Shown here: positions 1 through 10,729 of the stretch, one piece after another | Numbering within the stretch: the first letter of the stretch is position 1 | How the letters are laid out: each line of letters begins with the position of its first letter | Source of the DNA: an uncultured Acidobacteriota bacterium | GTDB taxonomy: Bacteria > Acidobacteriota > Terriglobia > Acidiferrales > UBA7541 | Assembly (NCBI GenBank): GCA_963743735.1 | Contig: CAVURF010000012.1 | Span: 32,295-96,294, forward strand | Direction of reading: 5' to 3' | DNA length: 64,000 bases | The notes under the pieces: generated by a model | What the model was told of the DNA's origin: nothing | What the model saw: the letters and a program-made list of their open reading frames with translations, nothing else | Databases searched by the model: none | Program-made: the position numbers and the translations under genes

Positions 1-54
1 GCGTGCCGGACTACACTACCAGCGGCAACCAGGTATCATCAGGCGGTTTGTCAA

Positions 55-68
55 TTGAAACGATTTAA
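55..68. promoter_or_regulatory. Possible LacI-family operator upstream of the GH2 gene
   Basis: Imperfect palindrome TTGAAACGATTTAA about 20 bp upstream of the ATG at 85; resembles LacI-type TGAAACGTTTCA. Confidence 0.25.
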
Positions 69-84
69 TGCTGGAGTATTGGTG

Positions 85-2828
85 ATGAAGAATAGTTCTC
101 GCCGCAAACGCTTCTTCGCGATTGTTCGGCTGCATCGGTTTTACGAGCCATTTATTTCTCGTGCGCTCGCATCCGTTTTTGCTGTCAGTGCTTTATTCTT
201 CTTCGCCAATGGCTCCCGTTAGCGAGCCCAAGCCGTCCTCAAAGATGGCTGGAAGGTGCAGAGTTCCGCGCAGGTTCCCGCTTCCGGCAGCCAGGTTTCT
301 GAGCCTGGATTTTCCACTCGCGGTTGGTACGCGACCTCCACGCCCAAAACGGTTTTTGCCGTGCTCGTCGAAAACGGCGTTTACAAACATCCCTACTACG
401 GCATGAATCTGCGCTCTTTTCCCGGTGTCGAATATAAGATCGGCGGACAATTCGCGAACGAAGAAATGCCCGCCAACAGTCCCTACGCCGTACCATGGTG
501 GTATCGCAATGAATTTGACAGTTCCGGCCTCTGATCAGGGCAAACAGATTTGGATGCAATTTCGCGGTATCAACTATCGCGCCGAGATCTGGATCAACGG
601 AAAGAAAGTGGCTGGCACGGACCAGGTCGTTGGCGCATTTCGCCGCTACGATTTCAATGTCACCGAATTCGTTCATCCCGGCGGAAAAAATGCCGTCGCT
701 GTGTCCGTCTCCGCTCCTAAAGCGGGCGAGCTCGGTATCACCTGGGTGGATTGGAATCCCGACGCCGCCGGATAAGGATATGGGACTGTGGCAGGAAGTT
801 GTCCTGTCTACCAGTGGCCCTGTTGCGATACGCCATGCTTTCGTCGAAACGAAACTCGAATTGCCGAAAGCGGAAATCGCGCATCTGACCGTGCGCGCTT
901 TCGCAAAGAATTCCAACCCTCGAACCAGTGAAGGGAACTCTCCGCGGAAAAATCACAGGCGGCGGTCTGTCTATTGATTTTGCACAGCAAGTCGAACTCG
1001 CTGCCGACGAATCGAAAGAAATTACCGATCTCCCCGCAACACAGTTCCGTCACTGAATCTCCTTCGCCCGAAACTCTGGTGGCCCTACCAGATGGGACAG
1101 CCGTTTTTGCACCAGCTCACCCTGCGAATTCGTCACCTCGGCGAATGCGATTTCGGACACGCAGTCCATCGATTTCGGAATTGTTCAGACCGACTCAGAA
1201 CTGACCCCAGAAGGCAATCGCCTGCTTAAAGGTGAATGGCAAGCCGATTTCGATTCGTGGCGGCGGCTGGGCTCCGGACATGTTGCTGCGCGTCGATGAA
1301 TCACGTCGTGAGGCGCAGTTTCGTTATGTCAAAGAGCTTGGCCTCAACACGATTCGGCTGGAGGGGAAACTGGAAGATGAAGTTTTTTGCAGCGCGCCGA
1401 TCGCGATGGAATCCTGGTAATGGCCGGCTGGTGCTGCTGCGATGCCTGGGAAAAATGGGGCAAGTGGAACGAAGAAAACAAGCAGGTTTCCGTCAATTCG
1501 CTGCGCGATCAAATGTTGCGACTTCGCCAGCACCCCAGCCTCTTGATTTGGCTCAATGGCAGCGATAATCCGCCTCCCGCTGATCGCGAGCAGGCCTATC
1601 TCGATATCGAAAGAGAAACGCACTGGCCCAAGCCGAGTTATTTCATCAGCCACCGCAAAAAAATCCGAAATGCCCGGCGACACCGGCGTAAAGATGAGCG
1701 GCCCTTACGACTACGTGCCGCCCGATTACTGGCTGCTGGACACCAAGGCTGGCGGCGCCTATGGCTTCAACACCGAAACCAGTCCCGGTCCCGCGGTGCC
1801 GCCTCTGGAAGAGTTGCAGACATTCATTCCAGAAGACAAGCTTTGGCCCATCAGCGACGCCTGGAATTTCCATGCTGGTGGCAGCGAATTCAAGAACATT
1901 GATTTATTCACTCACGCGCTCGAAATGCGCTACGGAAAAGCCAGAGACGTTGCCGACTACGCCTGGAAATCGCAGGCCATGACTTACGAAGGCCAGCGCG
2001 CGATGTTCGAAGCGTACGGCCGCAACAAGTACAAATCGACCGGCATCATCCAGTGGATGTTAAACAACGCCTGGCCCAGTCTCATCTGGCATTTGTATAG
2101 TTACGACCTGCGCCCGCGGCTGGCTATTACGGTTCAAAAACTGCACTCGAGCCGATTCACGTGCAATTTTCCTACGACGATCGCACCGTGGCAGTCGTCA
2201 ACGGCACGCAGGATCCGCAGAGTGGATTGAAGATTGTCGCCAAGGTTTACGACGTAAGGGGAACTGAGAAATTTTCTCGCGAAGCCAGCGTGGATGTCGC
2301 CGCTGACGGCGTTGTCCGATCCATCGCCATTCCAGAACCGGCCGGTGATTTCCAGCTACCTACTTTCTGAAGTCTGCAGCTTTTCTCTTCGACCGGCCAA
2401 TTGCTGAGCCGCAATTTTTATTGGCTGTCCACCAAGCCCGATGAACTCGACTACGCCAAGACCGAGTGGTATTACACGCCGCAAACCAGCTTTGCGGATT
2501 TCTCCGCATTACAGGATTTGCCGAAAACCGGCGTTCACGCGACCTTCGGCCCCGTCACCGGCACCGAACACGATGCGGCGTTTCAGGTCACTCTGGAAAA
2601 CGCTGCCACGGGGTGGCTTTCCTCACTCGCCTCCGCCTGATGAAAGGCAAAGACCAAAACGAAATCCTGCCCGTCTTCTGGGACGATAACTACATTTCCC
2701 TGCTCCCAGGAGAAAAACGAGAAGTCGCCGTGCACGTTCGAAAATCCGATATTGCCGGTGCCGAACCAACCCTGCTGGTGGACGGATTCAACGTCGCAGC
2801 GGCAACAGCTCACATCTCCGAAAAGTAA
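85..2828 (+). CDS. GH2 exo-beta-D-glucosaminidase (CsxA-like), broken by several frameshifts
   Basis: Consecutive ORF fragments give GINYRAEIWING, IRGGGWAPD, GLNTIRLEGK, GWCCCDAWE, WLNGSD, KMSGPYDYVPP, GFNTETSPG, WMLNNAWPS, WDDNYISLLPGE; GGAG RBS before ATG 85. Confidence 0.85.
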
Positions 2829-3042
2829 AGAAAGTGGTTCCAACCGCGCCCTAGCGTAGCAATCGCTCCGGTCGAGCTGACATGGTTACATTGCTAGCAG
2901 CCCAGCCCTCTTATCTTCGCAAAAGGGTTGTCGTACTCGGTTCCGTTCGTACCAGCGTGGAGGGTGACGGAGAGCGCGGCTCACATCCCGCAGAAATAAT
3001 CTCGGCTTTCGACCAAAGGAATTTACAAACGGCAAGGGACAA

Positions 3043-3879
3043 TTAAGCCAACCGCCCGCGCGCGTATTCCGCATACTGGCCGGACGGCTCCAGCTTCAGA
3101 TATACACTCCAGTGATCGCGAGCTTCACTCTCCGCGTTCATCTTTTCGCACACCACCGCCAAATTGTAGTGCGCGTCGGCGTAATCTGGATCGATCCTGG
3201 TTGCCAGACGAAGCTGCTGGCGGGCCTCGTTCAGTTGACCCAAATCATCCAGCGTGCTTCCCAGGTTGAATAGTCCGACAGCATTGCTCGGTTCAATTTC
3301 CACAGCGCGCTTGAAATACTCTGCGGCGGTTTCCAAATCCCCTTGCTCGTACGCGATCATTCCCCGGTTCAGCAGCGCATCTACATTTTCGGGTTGCAGC
3401 GCGATTACGCGTTCATACGTCTCAGCAGCCGTTTTGCGCATGCTGGGATCGTTATCGTATTCGAGCGCCATGGCAAATATGGCCCGCGGGTTTTCCGGCA
3501 TTGCCAGGACATTATCAGCCAGCTCTTGCGTCTTAAATGTAAGCAGCAGCTGACCTGACAGCGGCTCCAGCCGCGACCCGGCTTCCTGCACCAAAATGTC
3601 TTTACCATCCGAAACGATGCGCAGTTCGTTCAGCGGTGTCTTGATCTCGGTTAATTTTTGATTTAAGGCCTCGAGCGAACGCCGCAACCGTACGGGGGAT
3701 ACGCCTTTTTCCACCAACTGCTTGGCCGTCTTAACGTTGATTAAATCGCGAAAGTCGTACTGCGTTTTGTTTGGCGCTAACGACGCCACCAGTTCCAGTT
3801 TTTCCCATTGCGTAAGCTGCTTTTCAGAAACGCTCAGGATCCTCAGTACGTCGGCGCGGCTAAATCGATCGGTCGCCAT
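3043..3879 (-). CDS. MerR-like HTH plus TPR repeat protein
   Basis: N-terminus FSRADVLRILSVSEKQLTQWEK...YDFRDL is MerR-type; C-terminal TPRs (DALLNRG, FNLGSTL, AHYNLA); 11 bp downstream of ku. Confidence 0.8.
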   Translation of the reverse strand: MATDRFSRADVLRILSVSEKQLTQWEKLELVASLAPNKTQYDFRDLINVKTAKQLVEKGVSPVRLRRSLEALNQKLTEIKTPLNELRIVSDGKDILVQEAGSRLEPLSGQLLLTFKTQELADNVLAMPENPRAIFAMALEYDNDPSMRKTAAETYERVIALQPENVDALLNRGMIAYEQGDLETAAEYFKRAVEIEPSNAVGLFNLGSTLDDLGQLNEARQQLRLATRIDPDYADAHYNLAVVCEKMNAESEARDHWSVYLKLEPSGQYAEYARGRLA

Positions 3880-3890
3880 GGAGAGACATT

Positions 3891-4745
3891 TTACGCTTTC
3901 TTGATTTTCCTCGCATCCTTCGCTGCTGCCGCTGGAACCGCGCGCACCGGCGGCTTCTTGGGCACTGGCCGTTTTTGTTCCAGGCTCTTCTTCAACGCAT
4001 CCATCAGGTCAATCACAGGAGCACGAGTAGGGTGCATCACCGGCGCGACTTCCTTACCCTGCTGCTTGGCTGAAATCAGGGTCAGCAAACTTTCCTGATA
4101 ATCGTCGTGATACTTTTCCGGCTGGAAAGTCGCGGCAAGGTTTTCGATCAACTGCGTGGCCAGTTTCTTCTCTGCGCTGTTTACTTCGACTTTGTCGTTT
4201 GCGCCGTATTCCGCCACTTCGCGGATTTCGCTTTGGTAGAACATGGTGTGCAAAGTCAGGCCGTTTTTGCCATCGCCTTGGTGCGGCCGGATGATCACCG
4301 TGTGCTCGCGCTGGTGCATGGTAAGTTTTGCGATCGCCGAATAGTTTGAATCCTCGAGCGCGGTCTGCAAAAGAAAGTACGCCTTCTTGCCTTCCGGCTC
4401 GGGTGTCATGTAATAAGACGCATCAAAATATAGCGGATCGATTTCGTCCAGCTTTACGAATTCCAGAATTTCCATGGTTCTGCTGGAGTCGGGTTCGATC
4501 TCGTCCAACTCGTTTTCTTCGAAGAGCACATACTGATCTTTGTCGTATTCGTAGCCTTTTACGATTTCCTGCCGCTCCACTTTGCGATCGCATACCGGGC
4601 AAAACAACGGCATCTTGATTCTAGATTTGCAGACGGAATGAAGTTGGTTCAGCGAAATCCGTTCGCTCCTCGCCGCCGAATACAAACGCACCGGGATGGA
4701 TAACAATCCAAACGACAGAAAGCCTTTCCAGACAGTGGTCGCCAT
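3891..4745 (-). CDS. ku: Non-homologous end joining protein Ku
   Basis: VWKGFLSFGLLSIPVRLY, EIVKGYEY, IDPLYFDASYY, F.PEKYHDDY, VIDLMDALKKSL and a basic C-terminal tail. Confidence 0.95.
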   Translation of the reverse strand: MATTVWKGFLSFGLLSIPVRLYSAARSERISLNQLHSVCKSRIKMPLFCPVCDRKVERQEIVKGYEYDKDQYVLFEENELDEIEPDSSRTMEILEFVKLDEIDPLYFDASYYMTPEPEGKKAYFLLQTALEDSNYSAIAKLTMHQREHTVIIRPHQGDGKNGLTLHTMFYQSEIREVAEYGANDKVEVNSAEKKLATQLIENLAATFQPEKYHDDYQESLLTLISAKQQGKEVAPVMHPTRAPVIDLMDALKKSLEQKRPVPKKPPVRAVPAAAAKDARKIKKA

Positions 4746-4898
4746 TGATCTCTCCGGACGCCGCAGAATATGGCCAGTATACCTTGCATTTCGCGGAACC
4801 GGAATAAAATGGCCGACTTATGTAGCGCCTTGACAAGCAGCTGAACCCCCGCCGTTAATCGGTTTTCGCCATTGTTTCGCCCGATTATGCCGTCCTTT

Positions 4899-5042
4899 CT
4901 AGAACCAATCCGACCGGTAGGCAATCCACCAGGAAAGCGCGAGGATCGGAAACGTCGCACCCACCGCCCACCAAAACGGTAACGTGAAGTCCGCGATCAG
5001 GCCCAGCATGGCAAAGATGATCCAGAACATTTTGCGCTGCAT
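4899..5042 (-). CDS. Small two-helix membrane protein (47 aa)
   Basis: MQRKMFWIIFAMLGLIADFTLPFWWAVGATFPILALSWWIAYRSDWF; GGAG RBS directly upstream. Confidence 0.6.
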   Translation of the reverse strand: MQRKMFWIIFAMLGLIADFTLPFWWAVGATFPILALSWWIAYRSDWF

Positions 5043-5106
5043 TACTCCAGCATACTTTGAAGAGGCGCAGCAGACTGCGGAATCTGAACCAGTATTACCC
5101 AAAATG

Positions 5107-6510
5107 TTATTTTACGAATTGAGGAGTTTTTCCCTGGGACCACGGATCGTATGTCACAAAAACATGGATGCGCTCGGCCACGCTGGGGTGATCGAAGAAT
5201 AAAAACACGTACAGAGGATTAGGATCGGGGTCAACGAAAACCGCTTCGCCAAATTTCTGAAAGGAAATTGCAGAGGCCTGCCCAGGTTCGGCCACGATTC
5301 CATGCGTCACTTCCAGGCTGTAAATATCAGCCTGATTCTCGTCGAATCGGCTGAAGTTATTTCCGGCGATCTCGGCTGCGAATCCGTAAAGTGCGATGAG
5401 CAGTAGCAGCGCCGGCAGCGCGGCCCAATCATCGACGCCGCGAACGCCCCATCTTTGTCCATAACGCGCAATCAACCATCCGATGCTTCGCCATCCCAAG
5501 TACAGAAGCAGGAAAGCCATCACCGAAAAAAATACCAGGCCTTTCCAGATATGGCCCAGCGCGTAGTGCCCCAGTTCGTGGCCAAAAATCGTGAGCATCC
5601 CCTCTGCGGTTTCGGAGGTGAAACAGGTGTCCCAGATGACGATTCGCTTCGACGCGCCAAACCCAGTCACATACGCATTGCAGTAAATTGTTTTGTCGCT
5701 GGCCCTCATCCAGAACATCCGCTCCGGCGGAATTTCCATTCCCGCGCGGTGTGCGATGCGTTGCAGTTCGGGCACGATTTCCGGCGCCTTGGTGGTTAAC
5801 GGTTGAAATTCATTGAAGAGCGGATCGATTACATATGGCTGCAGGAAAAATACGAAAACGAAAATGGGAATGGCGAGAAACCAGAAGTAAAGCCACCACC
5901 GCCGTGGACTTCGCCGGATCACTGCATAGAGCAGCAACACCAGCAGTGTGCCCCCTAAAATCCAAAGCCCCAAAACTTTGAGCCAGTCTCCGGTCCACGA
6001 GCCCCAGGATTGAATCAAAATCCCATAGTGTTTGTACAAAGCTTGGTCGAAGAGATCGAGTGGCAACTGAAACAGGAAAAGGGTGCCAATCAGCAGGGGG
6101 GCATAGATGAGCACTTGCAAAAAGCGGTGGCGACTGGCCGCTTCGGCCCAATCGCGGAATTTTGTCGAATAGTGCCGCTGCAGGATGAACCACAAGACAA
6201 ACAATCCGTAAAAAAACGAGAACAGCCGAAATGAAAAGCGAATGCGTCCTAAAGTCTTGGCCTTCTGATAAAGCTCGGGCGTTAACGTGTACGCCGTGAT
6301 CTTCTTCGAACCTTGATCCGTTGCCGAGCCGTTGTTTCCGGTGGCCGAAGTTGTGCTTGTAGTGGACGAAGTTTGAGTATTCGTTGTCGCCGTTGAGGCA
6401 TCGGGGGGCTTCCGACCGAGCACAGTCGCCGGCGCGGCAGCAACAAGAATACCTAAGCAGAAAAAAGCCGCGACCCTGGATGGCATAAGGCAAGCTCTCC
6501 GCGGCGACAA
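5107..6510 (-). CDS. M48 family (Ste24-like) membrane zinc metalloprotease
   Basis: Multiple TM segments, NAYVTGFGASKRIVIWDT, HELGH zinc motif, E..AD and HPS..ERI. Confidence 0.92.
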   Translation of the reverse strand: MSPRRACLMPSRVAAFFCLGILVAAAPATVLGRKPPDASTATTNTQTSSTTSTTSATGNNGSATDQGSKKITAYTLTPELYQKAKTLGRIRFSFRLFSFFYGLFVLWFILQRHYSTKFRDWAEAASRHRFLQVLIYAPLLIGTLFLFQLPLDLFDQALYKHYGILIQSWGSWTGDWLKVLGLWILGGTLLVLLLYAVIRRSPRRWWLYFWFLAIPIFVFVFFLQPYVIDPLFNEFQPLTTKAPEIVPELQRIAHRAGMEIPPERMFWMRASDKTIYCNAYVTGFGASKRIVIWDTCFTSETAEGMLTIFGHELGHYALGHIWKGLVFFSVMAFLLLYLGWRSIGWLIARYGQRWGVRGVDDWAALPALLLLIALYGFAAEIAGNNFSRFDENQADIYSLEVTHGIVAEPGQASAISFQKFGEAVFVDPDPNPLYVFLFFDHPSVAERIHVFVTYDPWSQGKTPQFVK

Positions 6511-6605
6511 TCAAAGTGACGTTCTAGCTCTTGAAGGTCGCGGAGAGAATATCACGCTTCTAGCAGTGCGCCGGCTAGGCAATTTCCCGGCGCCGCAACC
6601 GGTCG

Positions 6606-6644
6606 AAAAAAAAAGCGAGGCGCGGTGGGAATCACCGGCCTCGC
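6606..6644 (-). terminator. Rho-independent terminator of lon
   Basis: On the minus strand a GCGAGG-CCGGTG...CACCG-CG-CCTCGC stem followed by a T run. Confidence 0.8.
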
Positions 6645-6677
6645 ATTCCAGGGTTTCTCGGTTAGATCGAACGTGTT

Positions 6678-9110
6678 TCAGTGTACGGGTCGAGGAGCGT
6701 CCGCTGTGCCCGCCGATTTGGACTTCGATCCGGCTGTGGGAACGATCGGCGGAGCGATCGGTTCTTTCTCCAGCGCATTCTGCAGCACCTCGTCCAACGT
6801 ATGTACGTAGGTGATCTTCAAGTCGCCGAGTAGCTCTGGCGGAAGATCCGCCTTCGCGTTGGGCTCGTTGTCGGCCGGAAGGAGTACTTCCTTTACGCCC
6901 GCGCGCTTTGCGCCCAGCACTTTTTCTTTGATTCCACCCACCGGCAGCACTACTCCCGATAGCGTCATCTCTCCAGTCATCGCCAACCGATTGCGAATCG
7001 GCCGCCCGGTCAGCAAACTCACCAGCGAAGTCACCATCGCGGCTCCCGCCGACGGTCCGTCTTTCGGCACTGCGCCCGACGGCACGTGAATATGGATGTC
7101 CTGCTTGCGGAAGAAATCCGGATCGATTCCGTATTTCTCCGCGTTGGAACGAACCCAGGTCAGCGCCGCCGTCATGGATTCCTGCATCACTTCGCCCAGG
7201 TGCCCTGTGGTCGTGAACTGTTTTCCACCGCGCATCCGGCTCGCTTCGATGAATACGATGTCTCCGCCCACTGGCGTCCACACCAGACCCACCGCCACTC
7301 CCGGTTGCTTCACGCGCTCGTCGATTTCGCGTTCCGTGCGGAACTTTGGCACTCCCAAAAATCCCCGCACGATTTCAGGCGTCACGATCATCTTCTCCGT
7401 GTTGCCTTCGGCGAGGCGCCGCGCCTGTTTCCGCGTGATCGTTCCAATCTCGCGTTCCAGATTGCGTACGCCCGCTTCCCGCGTAAAGCTGTGGATGATT
7501 TCCTTCAAGCCTTCTTCGGTGAACTCAATCTGTTCGCCAAGTTTGATTCCGTGTTCCGCGGCTTGCTTGGGAATCAGGTATTTGTTCGCAATGTGGATCT
7601 TCTCCTCACCCGTATAGCCGGGCAGTTCGATGATCTCCATGCGGTCGCGTAGCGGCTCCGGAATTGGATCCATCCAGTTGGCCGTAGCGATAAAAATCAC
7701 CTTCGACAAATCGAACGGCACGTCCAGGTAGTGATCGCGGAACGTTGAATTCTGCTCCGGATCGAGCACTTCCATTAACGCCGCCGAAGGATCGCCGCGG
7801 AAGTCGCGTCCGAGCTTATCAACCTCGTCCAGCATGCAGACTGGATCGTTTGACTCCGCGCGCTTCAGTCCTTGGATGATTTGTCCCGGCAGCGCTCCGA
7901 TATATGTCCGGCGATGCCCGCGAATTTCTGCTTCATCGTGCATGCCGCCCAGCGAAATGCGCACGAATTTGCGGCCCATCGCTCGTGCGATCGATTTTCC
8001 AAGCGAAGTCTTGCCCACGCCCGGAGGGCCAACGAAGCAAAGAATCGGCCCCTTCATTCCTGGCTGCAGCTTTTTCACCGCCAGATAATCCAGAATCCGT
8101 TCCTTTACTTTCTCCAGGTCGTAGTGATCCTCGTTCAGGATGTCATGCGCTTTCTTGATGTCGATCTCTTCGGCTTGCGTGCCGGTAGATTTCGACCATG
8201 GCAGCGACGTCATCCATTCCAGATAGGTCCGCGAGACCATGTACTCCGCTGAAGCCGGCGTCATTTTCGCCAAACGCTTCAGCTCACGGTCGCATTCTTT
8301 CTTGGCTTCCGCCGTCATCCCGGCTTCTTCCACCTTCTTGCGCAGCTCGTCAATTTCCGCCGCGCTGTCGTCGTGTTCGCCCAGCTCTTTCTGAATCGCC
8401 TTCATTTGCTCACGCAGCAAGTATTCGCGCTGGTTCTGGCTCACTTGCTCCTGCACCTGTTCGTGAATCTTGGAGCGCAGTTCCAGCACTTCCAATTCCT
8501 TGGACAGTTCCCGTATCAACGATTCCAGACGCTTGCGTACGCTCGCCGTCTCCAGCAGTTCCTGGCGCACGAGCGTCGAAAGTGATGGCAACGTGCCGGC
8601 TATAAAATCCGCCAGCCGTCCCGGATCGTCGATATTTGCCGCAACCTGTTGCAAATCATCCGACAACTGCGGCGAATGCCCCACCACGTCGCGGAACAAA
8701 TCCGCCGCATTGCGATGCAACGCTTCCAGTTCATTGTCCTGTTCCCCTAGAATGTCCGGCATCGGCTCCACTTGTGCCGTCAAAAAGGGCTTCAGACCCA
8801 ACAGATCATTGATTTGAAACCGTTGCAGACCTTCCAGGAAAATCACCACGTTGCCGTTCGGCATCTTCACGGTCTTGTGCACTTTGGCGAAAGTGCCGAC
8901 CTTGTGCAGGTCCGCCGCCGCCGGATCTTCCACACGTGGATCGTGCTGGGCGACTACCCCCAAGACTTTGTCCTCGCCCTGCAATGAGTTGATCAGCGCC
9001 AATGAGCTTTCGCGGCCAACCGTCAGCGGAAGCACCGCGCCCGGAAACAGCACAGTGTCCCGAACCGGCAAGATTGCCAACTGATTCGGTATTGAAATTT
9101 TCTCAGCCAT
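6678..9110 (-). CDS. lon: ATP-dependent Lon protease
   Basis: LON N domain, Walker A GPPGVGKT, DEVDK, PKDGPSAG (catalytic Ser), PVGGIKEK. Confidence 0.97.
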   Translation of the reverse strand: MAEKISIPNQLAILPVRDTVLFPGAVLPLTVGRESSLALINSLQGEDKVLGVVAQHDPRVEDPAAADLHKVGTFAKVHKTVKMPNGNVVIFLEGLQRFQINDLLGLKPFLTAQVEPMPDILGEQDNELEALHRNAADLFRDVVGHSPQLSDDLQQVAANIDDPGRLADFIAGTLPSLSTLVRQELLETASVRKRLESLIRELSKELEVLELRSKIHEQVQEQVSQNQREYLLREQMKAIQKELGEHDDSAAEIDELRKKVEEAGMTAEAKKECDRELKRLAKMTPASAEYMVSRTYLEWMTSLPWSKSTGTQAEEIDIKKAHDILNEDHYDLEKVKERILDYLAVKKLQPGMKGPILCFVGPPGVGKTSLGKSIARAMGRKFVRISLGGMHDEAEIRGHRRTYIGALPGQIIQGLKRAESNDPVCMLDEVDKLGRDFRGDPSAALMEVLDPEQNSTFRDHYLDVPFDLSKVIFIATANWMDPIPEPLRDRMEIIELPGYTGEEKIHIANKYLIPKQAAEHGIKLGEQIEFTEEGLKEIIHSFTREAGVRNLEREIGTITRKQARRLAEGNTEKMIVTPEIVRGFLGVPKFRTEREIDERVKQPGVAVGLVWTPVGGDIVFIEASRMRGGKQFTTTGHLGEVMQESMTAALTWVRSNAEKYGIDPDFFRKQDIHIHVPSGAVPKDGPSAGAAMVTSLVSLLTGRPIRNRLAMTGEMTLSGVVLPVGGIKEKVLGAKRAGVKEVLLPADNEPNAKADLPPELLGDLKITYVHTLDEVLQNALEKEPIAPPIVPTAGSKSKSAGTADAPRPVH

Positions 9111-9330
9111 TAAGTTCCTCAGTTCCGAGGCGGAATCAACATGGAAAGCCGCCTGTGAAATCTTTAGATGCAGTCGGTACGAAAAGGGTACCGCAGAATG
9201 CAGTGATCTAAATCATAAAACCTTAGTGCATCACGCTAAGACCTTATCATAATTCCTTAATCTGCCGAAGCACCTCTATAAACATTTTATTTTCTGTTAC
9301 TTAGAAGGCTATTCCTTCGCGAGCGCTGTC

Positions 9331-10690
9331 TCAGTGCCTTTCTGTTGATTTTTTCCGTGCCTCCAGTCCTTCCCGAAACTTGCTGTTTATAAAGGAGATA
9401 GCTACATCCCTCGATCCCAGCTCTCCATTCAATTGCGCCTCCTCAACGGCAGCGAGGATCTTTCCGACAATCGGCCCAGGTTTGAATCCCAGTTCCAAGA
9501 CGTCTTCGCCTGTGACCAACTTAGATGGCCGGACCACCTCCGGCGGTGTCGTCCGTATAAACTCTGTCACGAAGTCGTACGCTTCCAGGTTCCGGTGACT
9601 CGACAAGCAGTCCAGGCGGTGCAGCGCCAGATGCTCGTCAAAACGAGGCAGCCTTACAAACCGCTTGAGCGTTGCCGGACGCATCCGTCCAACATCTTTG
9701 AACTTCATATGGTGTTCCACAAGCGAAAGTATCTGCTCTGTGTCGTCGTTCGAGAATCGCAACCTCCCCAATATCTCCTTGGCGATGGCCATCCCAACCT
9801 CGACATGCCCGTCGAAGCGAATCCGTTCGCCGGTTTCTTTCGCGGAACGAAATGTCGCCGGCTTGCCTACATCGTGCAGGAGCACGCCCCACGCCAATGT
9901 CGCTCGACAACCCGCCGGAAGCCCTTCGAGCATCATCAATGTGTGAATCCATACATCCCCTTCAGGATGGTATTGCGGGGGCTGCTCCACTCCTTTCGTT
10001 GCCGCAATTTCAGGCAGGACAATCGAAAGCAGCCAGCTTGAATCGAGCAGCTCAAATCCCGTTCTGGCTGCGCCTTCCGTCAACAATTTGGTCAGCTCTT
10101 CGCGGATCCTTTCCGCCGAGACCTGCCGGATCTCTCGCGCGTGCTTGCGAATCGCTGAGAACGTCTTAGGTTCGATGTCATAACCAAATCGCGCGGCAAA
10201 TCGCACTGCGCGAAGCATGCGCAGCTTATCCTCGGCAAACCTTCGATCCGGCTCGCCGATTGCCCGGATAATGCCAGCTCGTAAGTCGGCCTGCCCATCG
10301 ACGAAATCCAGTATTTCCCCAGTGTTATGCCGCATGACCAGGCCATTCATCGTGAAGTCGCGCCGCTTTACATCCTCTTCTGGAGAACTGGTATACTCCA
10401 CGCGATCCGGATGCCGCCCGTCGGAGTAGCCAACGTCAGATCGAAACGTTGCGACTTCCACCTTCGCCCCTTCGCGCAGAACTAGAATCACTCCGAATTG
10501 CGCGCCAACCGTTACGCCGTCAGGAAAAAGTTCCAACACCTGTAGAGGAGTCGCGCCGGTGGCCACATCGTAATCTGCGGGCTCGCGTCCCAGCAGCAGA
10601 TCGCGCACACATCCGCCCACCAGGAACGCCTGAAATCCTGCGTCCTGCTAACGCGTCGCAGATGAAATTGGCCAGCTCTCGCGGCTGCAT
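9331..10690 (-). CDS. cca: CCA tRNA nucleotidyltransferase with HD domain (one frameshift near the N-terminus)
   Basis: VGGCVRDLLLG, DYDVAT, RRDFT, EDKLRMLRAVRF, HPEGDV..H, LLHDVGK; probable ATG at 10690 lies in another frame. Confidence 0.9.
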
Positions 10691-10729
10691 CAGGAAATTA
10701 TGCGCTTGTCGAATGAATCGAAGAAGCTG

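Noticed and set aside
6511-7281. Long alternative-frame and antisense ORFs over lon and other genes
   Set aside because: Shadow ORFs expected at high GC, with no recognisable motifs.
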